DNA from: an uncultured Hormoscilla sp. | GTDB lineage: Bacteria > Cyanobacteriota > Cyanobacteriia > Cyanobacteriales > Desertifilaceae | Assembly (NCBI GenBank): GCA_963921275.4 | Contig: OZ001293.3 | Span: 448,001 to 512,000, forward strand | DNA length: 64,000 nucleotides | Direction: 5' to 3' | In this document: positions 59,565-64,000 of the stretch, piece after piece | Layout: each line of letters opens with the position of its first letter | Position numbering within the stretch: position 1 is the first letter of the stretch | Notes under the pieces: generated by a model | The model's input: the letters and a program-made list of their open reading frames with translations, nothing else | What the model was told of the DNA's origin: nothing | Database searches by the model: none | Position numbers and translations under genes: made by a program

Positions 59565-60128
59565 ATGGTACAGATCGTTTCTAAACCTTTAACACTGGCA
59601 GAGTTTCTGAAGCTACCAGAAACGGAACCCGCTAGGGAGTACATTGATGAAGAGATTATCCAGAAACAAATACCGCAAGGAAAGCACAGTACAATTCAAA
59701 CAGAACTGTCCGCTACTATCAATGCAGTTCTGAAGCGTCAGCGGATAGGACGAGCTTTTTGTGAACTGCGATGTACCTTTGGCGGACGATCGATCGTTCC
59801 GGATATATCTGTGTTTGTGTGGGAAAGAATTCCTCGCGACGATCGTGGTGAAATTGCCAATGTTTTCTCCCTAGCCCCTGACTGGAATATTGAGATCCGA
59901 TCCCCCGACCAGAGTCAGACGCAAATTCTCGAAAAAATTTTGTACAGCCTGGAGTTTGAAACTCAGATGGGCTGGGCGATCGATCCTAAGGAGCAAACAT
60001 TATCAGTTTATCGTCCGCAGCAGCGTCCGGAAGTATTTGACGAATCAGCCCAGCAGCTTCCCGTGCCATTCTTTGCTAGCGATATCCAACTGACTGTGGG
60101 AGAATTATTTGGTTGGCTGTTAGCATAG
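59565..60128 (+). CDS. Uma2-family endonuclease
   Basis: LPETEPA, PQGKHS, ELRCTFGGRSIVPD, APDW.IEI.SP. Confidence 0.88.
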   Translation: MVQIVSKPLTLAEFLKLPETEPAREYIDEEIIQKQIPQGKHSTIQTELSATINAVLKRQRIGRAFCELRCTFGGRSIVPDISVFVWERIPRDDRGEIANVFSLAPDWNIEIRSPDQSQTQILEKILYSLEFETQMGWAIDPKEQTLSVYRPQQRPEVFDESAQQLPVPFFASDIQLTVGELFGWLLA

Positions 60129-60143
60129 ACAAATATTACTTAT

Positions 60144-60290
60144 TTGACAATAAGTAACAAAAAAACTAACATAATTCTTCTTGCTAGCGATAGGTCAACG
60201 AAACTTACCCCAGCAATGCGACAAGCTATGGCGATCGCGGAAGTCGGGGACGAGCAAAAAGGCGAAGATCCCACGGTGAACAAACTCAAC
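60144..60290 (+). pseudogene. N-terminal fragment of low-specificity threonine aldolase
   Basis: [34 protein letters not shown]. Confidence 0.65.
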
Positions 60291-60586
60291 AGATCGCTGC
60301 AGACTTGGGCGCTATCTGCCAGGTGGCTAAAAATCGCTCCCAGAGAATTCATCGAAACTCGCTGGGCATTAATTTTGCGAATGTAAAACTCGATTACTGG
60401 AGGCTCTGCCTCCCTCCGGTTCGTTCCCAGCCAGAGACTGGGAACTCCCATTGGGTGGGGCTACACAAACAACGCTGGCCTGCGCGGGCTATATTACAAT
60501 GCAGGAGATGCTCCCTAAGCAACCTCAGATAAACAGCATATCCTGAACAAGTTCGCTAGGCCCGAGAATGGAGATTAAGGGCTTGC

Positions 60587-60764
60587 GTCACGTGACTCTA
60601 TGGCAAAGTCACGCAACTTTATTGCAGAGTCACGCAACTTTATTGCAGAGTCACGCAACTTTATTGCAGAGTCACGCAACTTTATTGCAGAGTCACGCAA
60701 CTTTATTGCAGAGTCACGCGACTTTATTGCAGAGTCACGCGACTTTATTGCAGAGTCACGCGAC
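60587..60764. repeat. 21-nt tandem array (~8.5 units, GTCACGCAACTTTATTGCAGA)
   Basis: Read directly; a 12-nt repeat follows at ~60832-60870. Confidence 0.95.
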
Positions 60765-60877
60765 AATCGTCTCGAAGGCAGCACCGATGTCTTGCTAGTC
60801 CCATGGAAACAACTGTGATGCCTGTGGCCCTATTCATCCTCCCACTCATCCTCCCACTCATCCTCCCACGGATACTC

Positions 60878-61543
60878 TCACGGATCGCCACTGAGTTTTT
60901 GATAGGCATTACGGGCAGCGGCCTTTTCTGCATCTTGCTTCTTTTTACCGGTACCCCTTCCATAGACCTTACCTTTGACGCAGGCCACAGCCCTAAATCT
61001 ACGTGCATGATCTGGGCCCGATTCATTCACAATTCTGTAGGTTGGCGTTATGCCAAAACGGGCGAGAATTAGTTGCTGAAACTGGCTTTTCTCATCCACG
61101 ACTTGCACAGCAATTCCATCGCCATCATTGATTATTTCTTGTATCAGGGGTTCAATAAAGCTGCGTACTCTGTCCAATCCAGAATCGAGATACAATGCAC
61201 CGATATACGCCTCAAAGGCATCGCTGAGTATGGTTTCTTTATTGCGCCTGTCTTTTTTGACACTGTGACCGAGGTACAGGCGATTTCTCAAACGAAACTG
61301 ACGGGCAAAGGTAGCCAACTGGGACTTGTCCACCAGTTTTGAGCGCAGGATTGTCATATCACCTTCGTTCATATTGGGATAGGTGCGATACAGCAGATCG
61401 CCGACGATCAAGCCAAGGACAGCATCCCCGAGAAATTCCAGCCGTTCATTATCGGGACAGTCGCGATGTTCGTTGGTGTATGATGAATGGGTCAAGGCAC
61501 GCTTGCGCAAGTTGCGATCGGTAATTTCTGGCAGTTTCATCAT
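60878..61543 (-). CDS. rnc: Ribonuclease III
   Basis: ALTHSSY, NERLEFLGDAVL, DAFEAYIGALYLD, dsRBD. Confidence 0.95.
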   Translation of the reverse strand: MMKLPEITDRNLRKRALTHSSYTNEHRDCPDNERLEFLGDAVLGLIVGDLLYRTYPNMNEGDMTILRSKLVDKSQLATFARQFRLRNRLYLGHSVKKDRRNKETILSDAFEAYIGALYLDSGLDRVRSFIEPLIQEIINDGDGIAVQVVDEKSQFQQLILARFGITPTYRIVNESGPDHARRFRAVACVKGKVYGRGTGKKKQDAEKAAARNAYQKLSGDP

Positions 61544-61695
61544 GTTCAGTGCAGGGTCATCAAAAAATCTGATACTATTTTAAGACAGGATAAGAGATTA
61601 TTGAGCATTAGACATCTTGCAAAAATTTATTTTTGCTCCGCAATAGCAATTTAGCAGCAATTTTAGCATTTCTGCAAGAGGTCTATTGGTCATTC

Positions 61696-62112
61696 TCAAG
61701 GCGATCTCAACAAAGCATTGAACCCTGCTTGGGTAAAATGTTTATCGTGGGTGAGAACATCCTTAATTTTCCGCTCCTGCATAATCAGCATAGAAGCGCA
61801 GTCGGTCAGACTGTAACCCTTGTCCATCCTTTTTTGATAGAACTCAAGTGCCTGACGGAATTGTTCGGGAGTTTGTGGGACAATTTATGTAAGGCGATCG
61901 TTTCGCAGTTCTACCGTGAGTTCGACAGCTATCCGACGGAAATAAGCTCCCCTTTCACAAAAATAGTTGAGCAACTCGGTCAGAACCATCTCACTGGTGA
62001 CCGCAGTAAAGACACCTAACTCCTGCAATAATACTTTTGTACGCTGATGTAAGTTACTGCTTCGATCGCCGATGGCAATGAGATAAGAGGTATCGAGAAA
62101 AATACGCCTCAT
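61696..62112 (-). pseudogene. PIN/VapC toxin with a single in-frame TAA (61885-61887)
   Basis: FLDTSYLIA, VLTELL; the frame continues past the stop as DKGYSLTDCAS..LTHDKHF.QAGF. Confidence 0.85.
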
Positions 62113-62789
62113 TCTTCTTTTGGTGCTCCATACATATAATGTTCAAAATTGCGAGCCAAATCCCTCGGGAGTTTAGCCCATTCTTCGTCGGGAACCCGCG
62201 CACCTATTTCCATGAGTCGTTTCCAGAGAGGTTTCTCTTCGGGCTCAAGGGAAATTATCTTACCGTTGTCAGTCTCATCAATCAGCAGGTGCTTCTCTTT
62301 CCGTGCGCTCAGGATCTCCAAGCTGGCGTCAATGTAGGCGTTAACAAGTTTAGCCGCCCAGGTCGGCAAACCCCGATCGCCTTGAAGATAATTGAGGGCC
62401 GCGATCGCCCCATCAATCGGCAAATCAAAAAAACTATAGTCGATCGCCTGCCAACTCCCGGTCGAATTCGGCTGGATACTCGTCGCCTGAGCAACTAAAC
62501 GGTATTGTAGCTGGCGCAGATAAAAGGCCACCTCACGCAGGTACTTTTCCTTGGCGTCCGGTCTACAAGCATCCTCGGGCAAAATAGATGAGGCCGCTTG
62601 CACTGCACCCTCCATCAAATTTGGGGCATTTTCAGCCAAATACTTAGCCCCAGCAAAGTAAGCCGCTGCCCGTTCCAGCCTTTGGGCAACCAGTTCCAGT
62701 TCCCGATCGTCCAGAAAACGACCTTGACCGGTAGCATCGACGATCGCTTCTCTGATTGTAGTTTCCATAGCACTTTTCCAATTCACCAT
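62109..62789 (-). CDS. Phycobiliprotein-alpha-like domain fused to antitoxin-like C-terminus
   Basis: EAIVDATGQGRFL..GAVQA..KEKYLREVAFYLRQLQY.LVA; tail VPDEEWAKLPRDLARNFEHYMYG. Confidence 0.75.
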   Translation of the reverse strand: MVNWKSAMETTIREAIVDATGQGRFLDDRELELVAQRLERAAAYFAGAKYLAENAPNLMEGAVQAASSILPEDACRPDAKEKYLREVAFYLRQLQYRLVAQATSIQPNSTGSWQAIDYSFFDLPIDGAIAALNYLQGDRGLPTWAAKLVNAYIDASLEILSARKEKHLLIDETDNGKIISLEPEEKPLWKRLMEIGARVPDEEWAKLPRDLARNFEHYMYGAPKEE

Positions 62790-62828
62790 TTGAGTCTATT
62801 ATAATCAGAAGTTTTATAAACGCGAAGT

Positions 62829-62978
62829 ATGGACGTAAAAGCAGCAGTTGATTGGTACATGGAAGGTAAAATTAACATCGATGACTTGATTACCCACGTC
62901 ATGCCGATCGACCAAATTAATGACGCCTTTGAATTAATTGCACAAAGGCGAGTCTATCCGCACCGTTTTAACATTTTA
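62829..62978 (+). pseudogene. frmA: C-terminal fragment of S-(hydroxymethyl)glutathione dehydrogenase
   Basis: VDWYMEGKINIDDLITH..INDAFEL..GESIRTV. Confidence 0.75.
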
Positions 62979-63172
62979 ACAGCACAAAGGTTCGTTGTTG
63001 TACTTCAGCGCCAAGGTTCCCAATTCCTATGTTTAGCCCCTGCGCAGCGGAGGGGGCCCGGAGCGTGGGCTTTGTCCCTGTAGCCGCACCCCTCGTTCCC
63101 ACGGCTCTGCCTGGGAACGGGTGACGGAGATCGCGAATAATTTACAGCCCTGTTATTCCCCATTAGCAAATT

Positions 63173-64000
63173 ATGTCTACATCAGTCAACATTATTTCCG
63201 AACATGCCTGTTTCGGCGGCCAAGTCAGTTTTCACAGCCATCATTCGGAGACCTGTAACTGCGAAATGCACTTTGCAGTTTATCAACCACCCCAAGCAAA
63301 ATCAAAACCAGTGCCAGTCCTCTATTTTCTCTCTGGTTTAACCTCTACAGAAGAGAACTTTATCATGAAAGCCGGGGCGCAGCGGTACGCCGCAGAACAG
63401 GGGTTAATGTTAGTTATGCCAGATACCAGTCCGCGGGATACTGGCATACAGGGTGAAAACGACGAGTGGGATCTCGGTACGGGTGCAGGCTTCTACGTTG
63501 ATGCGACAATGGCACCCTGGGCGTCCCACTATCAAATGTACAGCTATGTGGTCCGCGAATTACCTGCAATCATAGCCGAAAACTTTCCAGCGATACCGGA
63601 AAAACAGGAAATTTGCGGTCATTCTATGGGCGGACATGGGGCCTTAGTCTGTGCCTTGAGAACCCAGAACAATATCAGTCACTTTCCGCTTTCGCCCCGA
63701 TCGCGGCACCGATGCGCAGTGATTTGGGACAGAAGGTATTTACCAATTACCTGGGTACCAAGCAGGAAACCTGGCGGGTTTACGATGCCAGCGAATTAAT
63801 CCTTACGGCTAAATATAGTCGTCCCATTCTGATCGATCAAGGAACGGCGGATGAATATCTCCCCCAACTGCTACCAGAAGTATTTTCCGAAGCTTGTCAA
63901 AAGGTCGGTCAACCCCTAACCTTACGCATGCAAGCAGGTTACGACCACGGCTACTACTTTGTCTCCACCTTCGTCGCAGACCACATCCGCCACCATGCTG
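63173..64000 (+). pseudogene. fghA: S-formylglutathione hydrolase, frameshift at ~63660; runs off the window
   Basis: LSGLTS, PDTSPR, GAGFYVDA, GHSMGGHGAL; then SAFAPI and GYDHGYYF in another frame. Confidence 0.85.

Noticed and set aside
60568..60818. Heptad-repeat peptides from the 21-nt array
   Set aside because: Open in several frames on both strands simply because of the repeat; no evidence of coding.

Overview
Cyanobacterial chromosome segment (dense HIP1 GCGATCGC, psaC, ferredoxin-sulfite reductase) that looks eroded. Housekeeping genes (sir, icd, glmU, psaC, glmS, dapL, rnc) are intact, while most accessory, defence, toxin and IS genes carry nonsense or frameshift lesions. Main observations: (1) Three near-identical ~920-935 nt ORF-less group II introns sit at unrelated sites. 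Their EBS1 (CAUCUA) and EBS2 (ACAUAG) match the flanking exons, and the host reading frames imply a 3' end one base later than canonical. One copy sits right after the ATG of the antitoxin of a doc-type pair. (2) A phycocyanin-alpha-like domain lacking the chromophore Cys is fused to an antitoxin-like tail and coupled to a PIN toxin gene. (3) A bacterial protein resembling the lariat debranching enzyme Dbr1 is present but frameshifted. (4) A circularly permuted 5mC methyltransferase sits next to a dead endonuclease, and there are decayed DUF499/DUF1156/SNF2 and GmrSD-like defence loci. (5) The window also holds IS remnants, MITEs, 13-130 bp palindromic insertions, four unrelated 21-nt tandem arrays, and duplicated gene ends flanking accessory cassettes. 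All family assignments are by eye from motifs; no database search was run.
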